From: the human T2T-CHM13v2.0 reference genome, Homo sapiens
Assembly (NCBI RefSeq): GCF_009914755.1
Contig: NC_060947.1
Strand: one strand, 5' to 3'
Length of the DNA: 64,000 nt
Position numbers and translations under genes: made by a program. The first letter of the stretch is position 1. Each line of letters starts with the position of its first letter. Positions 15,781-31,821 of the stretch are shown here, one piece after another. The notes beneath the pieces were generated by a model. It saw nothing but the letters and a program-made list of their open reading frames with translations, did not search any database and was not told the origin of the DNA.

Positions 15781-17082
15781 GATGTGATGTGATGTAAGTT
15801 GTGAGATACTGCAAAACATCCAAGAAAGTTGAGGTCAACAAAAACTAGAGAGTTCGGGAGTAGCTTCCTTGGGTATGTGCAACTTAAGCTGGATTTTGAA
15901 ATGTATTTATATTTCATCTCTTTTCATGACTCAGAAGAATTACATAAAATGAATTATGGTAATTAAAACTCCTGTTGTGTTATTACTATGTACCAGATAC
16001 ATGCATTGCATAAATTAGCTTACTTATTTGAATGTAAACAACAATGGTATATATTGTACAGTAGAAGAAGCTGTGGATTCAGATAAATTAGGAAAAACAA
16101 CCCATAAGCAAGGCAACTTGTATTCAAACTCAGGTCTGTCTGATTCCAAAGCCTGTGGTTGGAAGCACTATGCTGCATTGACTGTCAGAAAGAAAAATAA
16201 ATAAATTCAGAAAACTGAAATCAAAATATATTAGAATCAGGTAACAAATTCTAAGTTGGGTATGGGAGAAAGTTTATAAGCCTCCACAATTTTGTGGAAA
16301 AAAATAAAACAAGAAATTTTTCTTTAAAGATAAAAATTAATTAAAAATTAACAAAGTTTGTACCAGCTAGATTTTGAAAGCTAATGAACAATTTTAAGAC
16401 CAATGCCTTTTTTACTTTGATTGAACTTACTGTTTTTAGGTTTCTGATACCCAAAGAGAAGATAGGAATTGTGAGATGACATCATTCATTTATCTATGAT
16501 ACATGTTTTGTCTTACAGTAGTTTTGAATTTTTGGAAACGTTTTTTATATAAGTAAATAAGCCATAAAACAGCAGTTATTCTGAGAATTAATAATTTTTA
16601 AATTGAGTCTGCTAGATAAGAATGTTTTAGTTATAAGTTTATTAAACTTTGTCAAAGACCCACTGTGGTAAAAATATCTATTAAAATCTTAACTTGTCAT
16701 AATGGCATTGAAAGAGCTGTCACACTCATCCAATTGCAGAAGTGTTTTTTTTTTTTAACATGAGATCTTGAACAGTTTTTTTTCTAAAACCTAAACACAA
16801 TGCAATATTTTTGTCATTATCTTTGTTCTGTTTTATTATCACTTTTGTCCCACATGGTCTAGACAGGAGAAATAAGTGAATGTGGATAAACAGGCCAGAT
16901 CATATTACACATTTATAAAAGTTTAGCTAAAACTTTTCTGTGACTTTTCTCACATCCACATCTAAAGTAGAGAAGGAAACATCAATTATTTATTTAACTA
17001 GATGATTCACAATATTTGTAAGGAGATAATATACTGGGCCTCTCAGATAAACACAATCCTTGGGATATCAAGGGTGTGTTAA

Positions 17083-17236
17083 ATCAGTGATTTTGAAATT
17101 GTGGCCCCTCGATCACATGGAAACTTCTTAGAAATACAAATTCTTGGGCCTCATTCCAGGCCTATTGAATCAGAAACTCTGTGGGTAGAACAGCTCTCCA
17201 GATGATTCTGAGGTATGCTTAAATTTGAAAAGCATA
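17083..17236. mobile_element. MER5A-like hAT DNA transposon
   Basis: agaaatacaaattcttgggcc...gaatcagaaactctg...gatgattctga. Confidence 0.7.
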
Positions 17237-17324
17237 GTTATAAATCGAGAATGATAAACTCTGTTTAATATGATTTGTGACAAGGTAGATGAAGTTACTT
17301 TTGAGCTGGGCCTTAAAGAATGAG

Positions 17325-18240
17325 TCATAAGTCCTGGAGATCTATTGTACAGCATGGCAATATAATAACAATGTATAGTATACTTAAATTTGTTAAGAAT
17401 GTAGATTTTACATGTTTTCATCAAAAAATGGTATGTGAGGTGATAGATATATTAACTTGACTTAAACATTCTTTAATGTATATATATCAAAAGATCACAT
17501 TGTACACCATAAAGACACAATTTATCATTTATAAAAATTAAGGATGAGTCAAAATTCTCTACACTATATTTTTCCTTTAGCTAAACAAATTTTGATATAT
17601 TTTGGAAAACCAATAGATTTGACATTGTGACGTTATAAAAAAGAGCATTTAATTTGAAATTTCCTATAAGGTTCCATCCTGGAGTATAATTTAGCATTCT
17701 GCATCAAAAGCCAAGCAATTACACTTCTAAGAACTTTTCCAAAGGAAGTAGTTGCTCAAATGTACAAAAATGGGTGTAAAATAAGGTTTATCAAGGCATT
17801 GTTTCTGATAGTAAAAATTGGGAATCTACCTGTCTACTGCTTAAATAAATTATGGTATATAATTCTGATGGAATTCTAAGTATTTATTAAAATTATTATT
17901 TAGATATTTATTGATGTGGGAGAATACAATAATTATGTTTAAACGAATTAAAAATGACTATAAAATTATATGTCTGTATGAGTCAAATTTGGTTAAAATA
18001 GCTATATATATTAATTTATAGCTCCACGTGCATAGAAAAAAAAATAAGTATGGAAGGTTATACACCAAAATGTTAACAATGGGAATTCTGGTTTTATATT
18101 TCTATACACACACACAAACACACACACACGTATATATATGTACACATATATACACACACATTTAGAGAGAGATATAAAATTTGTTTGGTTTTGCTTTTCT
18201 CTGTTTTCTAAAGTGAAACTCTATTTCTTGTGTGGAGAAA
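17325..18240 (+). mobile_element. Old L1MA and L1ME 3'-end fragments
   Basis: gatctattgtacagcatgg...tgtgaggtgatagatat (L1MA 3' UTR); later ataaattatggtata (L1ME-like). Confidence 0.55.
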
Positions 18241-18884
18241 TAACAGAAGTTTAAAAACAACGTAATCTAATCTAAGATTTTTAAGCAGCCTTCTTATACA
18301 ATCCTACCATTAGTGATTAGAAATACTCATTTTAGAAAGTATTGTATTTGTCCTGGAAGAAACTAATTCATCATACAAAAATTCACTGTCAAGGTTAGTG
18401 GTCTAAAATCTGGCATTGGTTTATTTCTCAACATTTGCATTATTATTAGATAATTAACAAAAATGTGGTTTTCATCATAGAAGCTTTTAGAAAAGTAGAA
18501 ATTGCTCTGCAATATGAAGCAAGTGATCCTGGTTGAGCTGTTGCCACTAACTTTCTGTGTGAATTTGAAAATTTTAGTACCCCGTTTTTTGACCTTGGTT
18601 TTCTCAAGTAAAAATAACTCAATCAGAACATTTTGATGTCTGTTAAAAGCTCTAATATTCTAGGAATCTAGAATGCATTTAGAAGCAAAAATATGAGGAA
18701 GTATGGAGGCTGAAAAAACAAAATAAAATAACCCCAAACCCTCTAAAAGACACTTTAAAGGATTCTGCTTCTGAAGCTACACAGGATGTTGTTCGTACTT
18801 CTCACCCTGTATTTCTCCCTTAATGGAATTTTAAATCAAAGTACGTGTTGAATGTCAAAAGATATTTGAACCTTGGTATAGTTA

Positions 18885-18900
18885 TGACACCTAGTGGTCA
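18885..18900 (-). promoter_or_regulatory. Candidate CTCF motif
   Basis: Minus strand reads TGACCACTAGGTGTCA, one mismatch from the CCACTAGGTGGC core; lies in apparently unique sequence. Confidence 0.4.
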
Positions 18901-18989
18901 CGTCAAACATCACCGCTAAATTCTAACCACCCCCCCACCAGACACTCATTCACTTCGTTTCATTGGGATATTTTTTCATTTTTTTCAGA

Positions 18990-19450
18990 TGCATTTATTC
19001 ATCATGCATTCAGTTATTCACCCAACAAGCACTTAGTGGACCCTTTACATGTTCATGGCACTTTACTGGACACTTTACTATAACGGAAAGCAAGAAGTAA
19101 GATAATATGTCTTTGATATGTAGAAGATTGCTATGTATTTAGGACAACAAAATAGACTCCACAGAAAGGCAAGTAACTACACCATGCTGAATTTGTTAAG
19201 TGCATTCTCACTAAAGAAAATGAACATAACTATGGATAGTCTGTGGCCAGCCAGAGGAATGGCTTGCGATTTGGAGAGATAAAGAAAGGATTCATAGAAG
19301 TGGAACTTGCCTTTATTGGGGCCTCAGTTTCCCCATCTGAAAAATAGCAATAATATTTTATTGTTTCATAGAATTGTTATCAGAGATTGAGACACAGTAT
19401 ATATAAAGTACTTAGCATAGCGCCTAGCCCAAATTAGGTACTCTGTGATT
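18990..19450. mobile_element. L2 fragment followed by MIR
   Basis: cattcagttattcacccaacaagcactt (L2 end); gggcctcagtttccccatctgaaaaat (MIR core). Confidence 0.6.
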
Positions 19451-20495
19451 GTTAATCATTTTATAACAAAACTAAAGACTTCATGTATATTAACTTTTTC
19501 TTAATTTTATTTTCTTAATTTTATTTTATTTCAAGTTTACATGGTGTTTTAAAATTTAGACTGAATGTACAGAACACAAAATCAATTATTTTAGTTAATT
19601 CAATGGATAAACAAATAGATAACCACAAGAAAAGATAGTGTTGGCTCTGTCTTTAGATGAACATAATAAAGAGTTTAGATAGAAATAAGCTCTACTACTT
19701 TTATTTTTAGCTAGAAATAAACAGTTTACTAGACTAACTGGCCGATTCAGCAAAATAGCTAATACACAGAAAAAAAAAATCATTCAGAGTAGCTGTTTGC
19801 TTGAATGAGCTAGTTGTTTTCTTGCAATGAACTGTCAGCTCAGTAAATACAGTCTATCTGGAAGCTCCGTGTAGTCAGTGAAAAGACATCAAATAGATTG
19901 TTTGGCACTGTATGGGCTGTATGTGGGTAGACTGCCTTTGTATACTTTTTAATTGGTTGTGTTTGAGACACTGTCTTAAATCTTATGCTGCTTTCCAAAC
20001 TCATATTTCAAGAATTGTTGCAAAAATGTCAATTTACTTTTGTACTTGAGTACCAGGTAGTGTTAATTAAGGCTGTCTCATTTTTTTTTAATTCCGTAAA
20101 CATGTGTAGCAATCTAACTGTGTTTGCAAGCAACAAAAAGTACAAGGGAGTATTAAAACCCCACTTATCCTTTTGTTTCTGCAATCAGAGGCACAGTCAT
20201 ATATTTGCTAAAAGCATCAAACATTTATGTAGTTAAACTGTCGTTTTCAAGGGTAAAATAAACTGTACCGTAGTGGCTTTTGTACAAAACCCATAATGTT
20301 CTGACAACAAAGAAAACCAAGAGCAAGGACCATGTCATATTATTTAGAAATGAGTGTTTAACCTGAATAAGAAAGATTTGAGAGAGGACAGGATTGCTGC
20401 CTTCAGATATTTGAAGATGTGTAACATGACTTTATTTTATTTGGCCTTAGCAGGCAGAAATAAGTTGAAATGATAGAACAGATCTGACTCACTAA

Positions 20496-20811
<316 letters not shown>

Positions 20812-21699
20812 ACTACTGATTTTTAAAAGTTGAACCACCTATAATAATAGTTTTCACAGGACTTGCCCTGAGAGCTGAAAGAGAGATAGCTGCTTTTTAC
20901 TGTATCTACTACCAGATACACTCTAGTCCTTCACATACTCTGGTAGTTGCCTAAAGTAGTTGCAAGGATAGTCCCAATAAATGTGAATGTCTGAGGTTAC
21001 CATAATTATGTTAATAAACACAGAACTTTAGTTATAGGAGCTTCTGAAAAGTACAATGACATATAAGGAAGACAAATTTTGCCCTCTGCCAAATTCTGTA
21101 GGAGGCAAAGATTATCTGAGTAGCACTGTCTTTTTCAAGCCCCTATCATTCTGAGTACTGGTAACCTGCCAGCCCTTCCCCAGGCTCCTATCCTATGTCT
21201 TATTCACAAAGGTTCACAGATGTGCCTTGGCAGTCACCTATTTACAAGGTTGCAGTTGACAATAAATTAAATTTTCTCTCTCCCTGGGTTGATGATGAGG
21301 GATTTATTTAGAACTTAAAGTTTAAAAATACAGGTGAAAACAGTAAAACTAAAATGTGTAACCTCATGACAGTTTTGAAATTTATGTCTGGGGGCTATTT
21401 TGCAGTAGGGTCTTGCCTGTTGGTTAAGTCTACAAGTTTGATTACTTCTCTGTTAAATACTAAGGGAAAAATATAACTGAGATTATTGCAAAAATACTAA
21501 TCTTTTGTATTACTGAAAATATCATCCTCAATACTGTTATCCATTTGTAGATTGGTCTGTTATTTTTAGTTTACGTAGACACTTTTGAATTTATAACAGT
21601 TTACACAAATTCTTCTTTATTAGAAAACAAATATATTTGTATACCCAAACATGAACTGACATGCCCTTGACTCTAATTTTACTCTATTTTCTGCCGAAA

Positions 21700-21722
21700 T
21701 TGTCATTCTAATGCTTTACTAG
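21700..21722 (+). promoter_or_regulatory. Putative 3' splice acceptor of the GPCR coding exon
   Basis: Pyrimidine-rich tract ending ctttactAG (21721-21722), 22 nt before the ATG; ctctaat branch-like motif at 21671. Confidence 0.5.
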
Positions 21723-21744
21723 GGAAGGAACATAAGTCTTCAAG

Positions 21745-22759
21745 ATGGGAATAACAGCACAAACAGCACAAGAGCAAAATGCACTGATCTTCAAATGCCA
21801 TTTCAGTACTCCCTCTATAAAACTACCTATATCCTCATATTCATACCTGGTCTTCTAGCCAACACTGTGGCCGTGTGGGTTCTGTGTCACTTCATCAACA
21901 AGAAAAATAAAGTCATCATTTTCATTATCAACCTCTCTGTGGCTGACCTTGCACACATGTTGTCCTTACCCCTCTGGATTTACTATTACATCAGCCACCA
22001 CTGGCCTTTCCAGGGGCCCCTTGACCTAGTGTGCTTCTACCTGAAGTATCTCAACATATATACCAGCATTTGCTTCCTGACATGCATCAGCCTTCAGAGG
22101 TGCTTCTTTCTCCTCAAGTGTCATATACTGGAAGCATAGGTATGACGGGGGTCATCATGGAGACTGCTTGTTTACCATTTCCCATTCTGAGAAGCACTGG
22201 CTTAGCCAACAACACCAAATACTGCTTTGCTGCCTTAGGGCTTCAGCACATTAGCATGGCTTCCTCCCTTGGCATGGTAACTGTAGCTGAACTTGGAGGG
22301 TTTGTATTACCCATTATAATTATTACTTATTTCACATGGAAAACAAGAAAATCTTTATGGGAATTCCAAGTTCCCCCTAGGAATACCAAAGAGAGGAAAA
22401 AGGCTTTGAGGATGGTCCTGATGTGTGAAGTGGTGTTCATTGTGTGTTTCACTCCTTACCACCTCAACTTCCCATTCTTTATGATGGTGAAGGAACATGT
22501 CTTTTTGAACTGCTCTTTTATAAAGATCATTCTCTGTTTCCACATTATTTCCCTGTGTCTTGCAAATCTGAATTGTTGTCTTGATCCAGTTGTATATTAT
22601 TTTATGACCTCAAAATTTCATGATCAATTTTCAGATCATGGCAGCTTGGTTCTTCAGTCATGTATGAGATGTAATAACAGTACCTTAGAAATTCATCAGA
22701 GGAAGGAGGATCTTCAAACTATCTCTCTTGAATGTTTGAAAGATTCCAAGACAATATAA
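21745..22759 (+). pseudogene. P2RY10BP: P2Y10-like lysophosphatidylserine receptor pseudogene (LPS2L/P2ry10b orthologue), frameshifted
   Basis: ORF 21795..22139 (FQYSLYKTTYILIFIPGLLAN...NLSVADL...WPF...TCISLQRC) and ORF 22031..22759 (TACLPFPILRS...CFTPYH...LDPVVYYF) match P2RY10 TM1-3 and TM4-7 as I recall them, in different frames. The symbol is inferred from the known human pseudogene status of LPS2L. Confidence 0.85.
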
Positions 22760-22819
22760 TCAAATAATTAACTAGAAAAATCGATATGCTCTATTAGTGT
22801 ATCTATGTCACTTTGAAGA

Positions 22820-23934
<1,115 letters not shown>

Positions 23935-25418
23935 TTAAACATGGCTCCTTCCCTTTATCCTCAAAATGATCCTTCTGAAGAAATTATACATACATATATT
24001 TTCTGTCAGAATGGAAACATATTGTTCTACGGAGCATGTGAAAAAAAATAGCTTTCCTTACAGAAGATGATGAGCAACAGAATGAATTGCACACCTTTTT
24101 CTCAGCAGTAGATTCAATCTTTTCTTCTTCTTCTTATGAAACAAATATACATTGAAAACAGGTAGACATAGGTGAATTGTCCAAACATTGAAAAGTATAC
24201 AGGAGAACAGTATGACCATAGCTTTCTTTAGAAAATATTCACTACTTGAGCAAACAAGATTATAGAGAAAAGCCTTCTTAATATCAATATGAGTTATGTG
24301 AATTAACATCCTTATAACTTGGAATATCGATGAGATTTTTCTTTTGTCTCCTCTGGGAAATAAACAATTCAGATGAACCTCAAATATCTCAGCAGTATCA
24401 TGGGATTCACACAATGAATACACCTTAAACAAAAAATAAAGTTATGTCCTTATATATTTCACAAACTTGAGTTTCAGGGCTTACAATGAAGGTTTTTTGC
24501 TTGAATGTCTGTGAATATGTATGACGTGATGTAGGTTTTTATATACCAGCACTCATTCAGAAAATATTTTGTTATATTTGTTCATTAAAATCAACTGTGC
24601 CATAGTCCGCCTAAATTGATTGCTGTATATACAACCTCAGTCACAAGTTTACTTGATATGTTTAAATCAATGAGTTAATTTAAAAAAATCACACACATTC
24701 CTATATTATTTCAGTGCTAAACTCTAGCTAAGCCTCATTTTTCACAAGTAAAGATATATTTAAGGACAACATGGGTGAGTTGAATCTTATTATAAATGCC
24801 AAATGGAAATTTTCTATTTTTAAAATCTCTGTGACTAAATTTTATAATAATAATTATTCCCATTGGAAAATTTGAAACTTAAATTTTCATGTATTGGATT
24901 TCATTAAAATGATACTTTAAAAAGCAGTGGTTAGTTTTATAAAATTATAAAGGGTTATTTTCTTGTCCTTATAAGATTATAAATTCACAAAATGGCTTGT
25001 TATATTTTCTTTTTTGTTATAGAAGTTGTTTATCAAAACAAAAACAGATAATATTCACCATGGGGTTGGAGGGAACAGATTAAAACCTAGATATTTTGAA
25101 ATATGCTAGAGATCTGTATTTTAGAAAATTGTATTCTATAGAAATGATTGTGTACCTCTTTAAATACTGGAACATTTAAAATATCACTTTAGTTGCAGAT
25201 ATTTCTAAAACATATATATTTCCTATCCACTTAAGCAGTTTGTTAAACAAGGGACCATGGTGTATGAAAGAAGCACTAATCCAGATTCAGAGGAGCAGGA
25301 TCCTAGTTTTAGGTCTCCCACAGATAAGCTATGTGATCTTGGGCAAGTTATTTCTCTTTGGGTTTCAGTTTCATTATATCTGTATATAAGGGGGCTGAAC
25401 TAGATGAAATAAATATGA

Positions 25419-25747
<329 letters not shown>

Positions 25748-25970
25748 TAGAAAGTGCTTTCTAAGTACTAAAGACATTTACAAATGTTTAAATTGTTGTT
25801 GTTGTTAGCAGTAATAGTATTGTTATAATTTAAGGAGAACCAATTCTAACATTTAATATACTCTTTTCAGAGTGACTGAAGGTCATCATTATAAACATTA
25901 GTTATTGTACTGTATACATTGCTTCTTTCAGGGCTATTGAAATGTGTAAGATTGTTTGTACATACACTAA

Positions 25971-26284
<314 letters not shown>

Positions 26285-26717
26285 AAATTTTTAAAATTTA
26301 TATAGTGGTTATATCTCCACCTTTTAAATTTCTCAATACTCATTTCTTGCTACAGTCAGTACGCCTGTCTGATGCAGTCTGTATTGTTTTGATGAGTTCT
26401 TTCTAATTTTTTTTTGTGGCTTTGAAAACACTAATCCAGCTAGTTAGAACAGAGTTTTAACTTAATAAAAATGAATAAAATCCTGCTTGTTTTATTTGGA
26501 AATAATATGTGTAGAAAAGGGAAATCTCCTATAGAACAGAGTGTGGGTTTTAGTTTATGAACTTTATGACATCTATTCTGTCAATTCGGGACTAATTGTG
26601 CTTGCTTTCTGGCTCCGTCAGCTGTATTTTGATAGGTGGGGTTGCTGGATATGTGAGTTCTGAATCACTGAGGTATTAGCTGGCTTTGATGCCTAAAATT
26701 TATTGGAATATAAATAT

Positions 26718-26720
26718 CAC

Positions 26721-26752
<32 letters not shown>

Positions 26753-26758
26753 CACACA
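26718..26758. repeat. (CA)n microsatellite
   Basis: Directly visible. Confidence 0.9.
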
Positions 26759-29700
26759 GATATAGTTAAATTTCCAAAATAATTACTTGTTTCACCAAAA
26801 GCATAGTATATTCAAAACTACTTCTGTATTGCTTTTAGTTAGGTTATTTTCTATTTGTCATAATACTTTTGAAAAAAACATTTGCTCATTCTGTCCACTG
26901 CTTCCTTCCTCTTTAGGGGCACTTTGTGAAAATTCCCCTATGTATCTGAAATCCTATTTGAGATACATTAATCCATTTTTTGAAATCAGCCTGTTATTAA
27001 CATAAATAATGATCATTATCCATTAAGTTTAGAGAAGCAGAGAAAACAGACTGGCTTGCCAACTCTAAGTTATGAGAATTTTCTGGAAATCTCCTATTTA
27101 TACTTAGTTCTAGAGAAGGGACTACATGCAGTAACTCTGATCTATTATTTCTGGGGCCAGTCAAATGTCAACTCCATCTCTCTACTTCCTGTTCCCTGAA
27201 ACACTGTAGTACAAGAGTTTAAATAATGGCAAGATTGGGTCTACAGCTTAATCACTTGATACTAATTAGAGCTGGGTTCTAGTCTTAGCTCTGCTCTTTC
27301 TTAACTGTGTGATCTTGAGCAAGACAATTTACCACTCTGAAGCTGTCTTCTCATCTGCTATACCATGGTAATAATATCTGCCTTTTCTGCTGCATGAGAC
27401 TGTTGTGAAGATCCAGTAAGAAATGAAGATGATAATTCTTTTAAAATCATAATGACTATTTAAGTATGAGGACACATAAAGAGCATATAGTATTAAGAAT
27501 GAAATCAGGGAGGGGAGATAAAGTGCCCTCCTCAACTCATAGCAACACAAAGGATATTAATAAATATTTAAACACCTTATTTGTGCCATAGAAAATAATG
27601 AAGGCTTGAAGTGGCACTCAGGGTCAAGACAACACTAACTGAGGCCCCTTGAAGAGAACAGAAAGGAACCATTTAACTGGGCCCCTACCATCAGTTAGTT
27701 AGGTCCAGTTTTCCAGTATAGTGAGTTATGCTTAGGGCCAAGGATCTCTGAAAAATTCAAATATCAGAGATTGACCATAGCCTTAGGGAGACAATGGAGA
27801 TCCTATATTGTATAGGCAGTGTCCCCTATAAATATATTCCATAGATGGGAAGCCAGATCTTTAGAACTTTGGGAAGGAATGAATTTGAGACAAATCTAAA
27901 AGAACTTTACAATTGCAAAGGAAACAGCTGAGGGCAGGAATAGGTTACCTAGCGGTATTGTTTGGTCATGTATAGATTTGCTGAGGGGCCGTTAAGGGTT
28001 CAAAGTACTTTCTTCATTCAATGCAGTTCCTACAATCCCTGGTCTGGTTAATTATGTCGAATAACCAAACCTGCATAAATATAAAGTAGGAAAAACTCAA
28101 AGTCTCTTGAAAAATCATTAAACATACACATTTCTGGCTCTGTTCATACTGTTGCCCTGACATGCTTGCCTTTACCCCTCCTCTCTGTCTATGTAGTTTT
28201 ACAAATCATTTATGATTCAGCTTAAATTCTATTTCCCTGTGAAACCATATTTTCTCTCCCAGACTCTAAAGTCCATGAGGGCACCCACAATTTATTGTAC
28301 TATATGACATATTGAATTTGAATCTAGTTTCTTACAGGGAAAATAAGAATTTGGTAGTTTATCTTACTGGAATGATTAGGGCCTGCATATTTCTCTCTCT
28401 ACGGAAGAAACAGAGTGACCATATAATTAGTCTAGCTCTCCCAGTGTCATACAAATGGTAGGTGCTCAATGAATGCCTGTTGAGTGGCTTAAAAGAAAAT
28501 ACATAGTGATTGGTTAGGTGACCAAAAGACTCATCCTTATAAAGCTGACATCAATAAATATCGCAAGGTTTATGCATTAATTCCCTCTGTCTTTAATTAC
28601 TATGACAACCACCAAGAGCTATGGGCCTTAAAAGAGATTCTTACAACTAATATCTGTCATTACAGTCACTGTATTTTGGCCTATTCACTGAATTTGTTGA
28701 ATATAAATAAGACCAATGTCTGGCTGGCTCTCAGTTTCCTAAGTAACCATACTACAGTACACTCTGACTTTTGTAGTTATGTAAAATGTCTAAGCTGTGC
28801 TTTAAAGTTGTTTCAGGATGGTTACTTCTTTTTTGCTTTGATTGTGGTTGTTGCTACTAACAATGAATAATTTATACATTCTTTTATTCATAGGAAAGTG
28901 GTGGTATTAAGGGGTGGGTGAAGAATAAAGACAATTGTTACAGTATAAGTTATTCTTTCCCTCTTTAATCTATTTTCCCAGTTCATTCTTTTATTGCCAG
29001 TGAATTCAATAAAGTGTTGATAAAATCAAGACCTGTGTGAATTTCATCTGAGTTGTTTGCAGTACCATCTTTCTATATCTTTTCTATTCGCCAGGACCTG
29101 CTTCTGTTCTTGCATCTACTCCAGCTTGCCATTCGGAGGTTCTAGCTCACTGTTCTGAGGTCACTCTGTCTCTTCTGGATCATTCTTCCCCTTGGTTGGT
29201 GGTAGTTTCCTGGCTAGGCCCTCACTGGACTTCTGTGGGTTTGTCTCACCTGGGGAGCAACAAGAAAGTTATTGTTCTAATCACATTCTAGGCTCCAACA
29301 TTTGTGACTTTGGGTTAATAGAAGAACAACCATGAGAAGGAAGAGAAGCCCACAAAAGCAACACATACAGCCTAGGACCAAAATGGGAATCAGCATACAA
29401 TGAAAACTTGACATTTTTATTGGTTATTGGTGTGGTAGCTTATAGGCTGATTGCATGTGGCTTCAAATGGCATTTAGTATCACCTTTCATTTCCTTAGCT
29501 CAGCATGCCTCCTTTGGCATCCAATTAAAATGGCAAAAACAAAACAAAACCAACCAACCAACAAGAAAACAAACAAACAAACAAAAAGAGCAGTAACAGA
29601 GTACTTGGCCTGGAAATTTGTCTAACCGCAGATTGCTTTACCAAACCACTGCTGTCATCCATTTCTCTATTTCAGCCAAATTAGATTTTTCACTCTCCTC

Positions 29701-29781
29701 TAGGCATCTCTTGGGTTTTTCCATCTCTGTGACCCCTGCCCCCTCTTCTCAGAATCTACTCACTGCTCCTCAGCCTATTTT

Positions 29782-29976
<195 letters not shown>

Positions 29977-31189
29977 TAATCTAGAGATGTTTCCCTATTC
30001 TCATTACTCTTGGTGATGACTTTTTCTTTTGTGCTCCTATAATACCACTGGCTGTGCCACACTGATCATACTTAGCATAACTGGCTTAGAATCTAGATTT
30101 GGAAGGACTCTTAGAAATTGGCTCTATATAACAAAAGGTGAAGGATGGAGATTTAGTTTAAAAGAGTCAGGGAAATGTGGGGAGTTCCCTAGAACATCTG
30201 ACTTGATACTGTATTGGCAAGATTGAGAAAATGCTGCTTGTTGATATTATATACTATAATATTATACATAATATTATATTATATAAAATATATAATAAGC
30301 AGAATTATATTATTATACATTATATAATAAATATTATATATAATTATGTATTTGTTGATGTTAGGTATGTGTTGATATTAACCTCTTTAAGCAGCAGGAC
30401 CTGATGGAGATAGGGAGAGCTACTACCCTCCCATACCATTCCTTGATGTAGCAGTCATCAAATCCCCTTATTTCAGAGAAGGAAACAAAGCCAAAGCATT
30501 GCCAGAATGACATAGTTAGTGATCCCATAAGTTGTATTAGAATAAGTTGTATTAGAATAGGGACTCAGATGCAGATACCCTGATTCCCATGATTCCCATT
30601 CCTGTTCTCTTTCCACTACCTTATGTTGCCTTTTGGGTTATTAATTTATGCATATGTTATTTTTGTTTTATTACCAAAACTGAGTCTCTTAGGGGCAAGG
30701 ACTGAATCATATTCATCGCTGTTTCTCACAACATAGTTTAGCACAGGACTTGGGCATCAGGAAAACAATGTACAAATAATTATTGATTGGTAGATTTATT
30801 TTGTAGGCCTTTCGTTTATATATTTTCTTGATAATTATTCAACTTCTATTAAATTAAATCATAATAATGTTTCAGGCAGCAAAATTAAGTGATCTCCGCT
30901 ATATCTATACCAACATTCTAAAGCAGAGTGTGGCAATTACTCTCTGTGAAACCTTGGGCAAGTCACAGTCCCTCTCTGGGGCTTGGTTTCCTTATTTTTA
31001 AAACCATGAGGGTGTAATACATGATTTCTAAGCTCCTTTTAATTCTAACATTCCAATGAGGCTAATTTATAGAGTTTTATTTATTTATTTTTAAATATCA
31101 TTAGCACAAGAATACTTTACAGGAGCAGAGTATGGCACAATAATTACTATGTTAACAAGATGCAATCCCCAAAGTTCAAACTAGATCAG

Positions 31190-31295
31190 TTTTCTTTCTT
31201 TCTTTCTTTTCCTTCCTTCCTTCCTTCCTTCCTTCCTTCCTTCCTTCCTTCCTTCCTCCCTTCCTTCTTTCCTTCCTTCCTTCCTTCCTTTCTTT
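31190..31295. repeat. (TTTC)n/(TTCC)n tetranucleotide repeat
   Basis: Directly visible. Confidence 0.92.
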
Positions 31296-31821
31296 TGTTT
31301 TTAAACTTGATTCACGTCAACTCTCTGTTTTTGGCCACCAAGTCCAATTTTGAATGTTAGTCAAACATCAAATTTATAAACTGAGTCAAATCAAGATACA
31401 AATTTGAAGACAAAATGAGATGAATCAAACCTCACTCTGTCAAACAAATTGATTTCCCTTTTTCACTGTTAACTTTATGTCCCAACAATGAGGAATTATT
31501 TATTTCTATATTTTCCTACCAATGCAGTCCCAAAGAAGGCTGTAGGCATTAGAGTTGGGCAACCCCGGTTTTAAATGTCAGCCGCACCATTAACTATTTG
31601 ACTTTGGGTGAATTACTTGATCTTTCAAAATTTTGGTTTCCTCACTGGGAATGGAAACTAAAAATTCTTACTTTGCAAGATTGTCATGAGAATGAAGAGA
31701 AAATATACATGAAAACTCTTAGTACAACATATGGAACTTAGGTGTGCAAGACATCCTAATGATGGCAATCTTTGTCATGTGTAATTGGTATTAGTAAGGA
31801 ACAGGTTTTTATATTTCACTG

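Noticed and set aside
24050-24170. Possible extra exon (ttccttacAG|aagatg ... cag|GTagac)
   Set aside because: Splice-like motifs only; short frames with stops and no recognisable homology.
30240-30560. AT-rich low-complexity tract and a 15-bp tandem duplication (ataagttgtattaga x2)
   Set aside because: Ordinary slippage products with no further structure.
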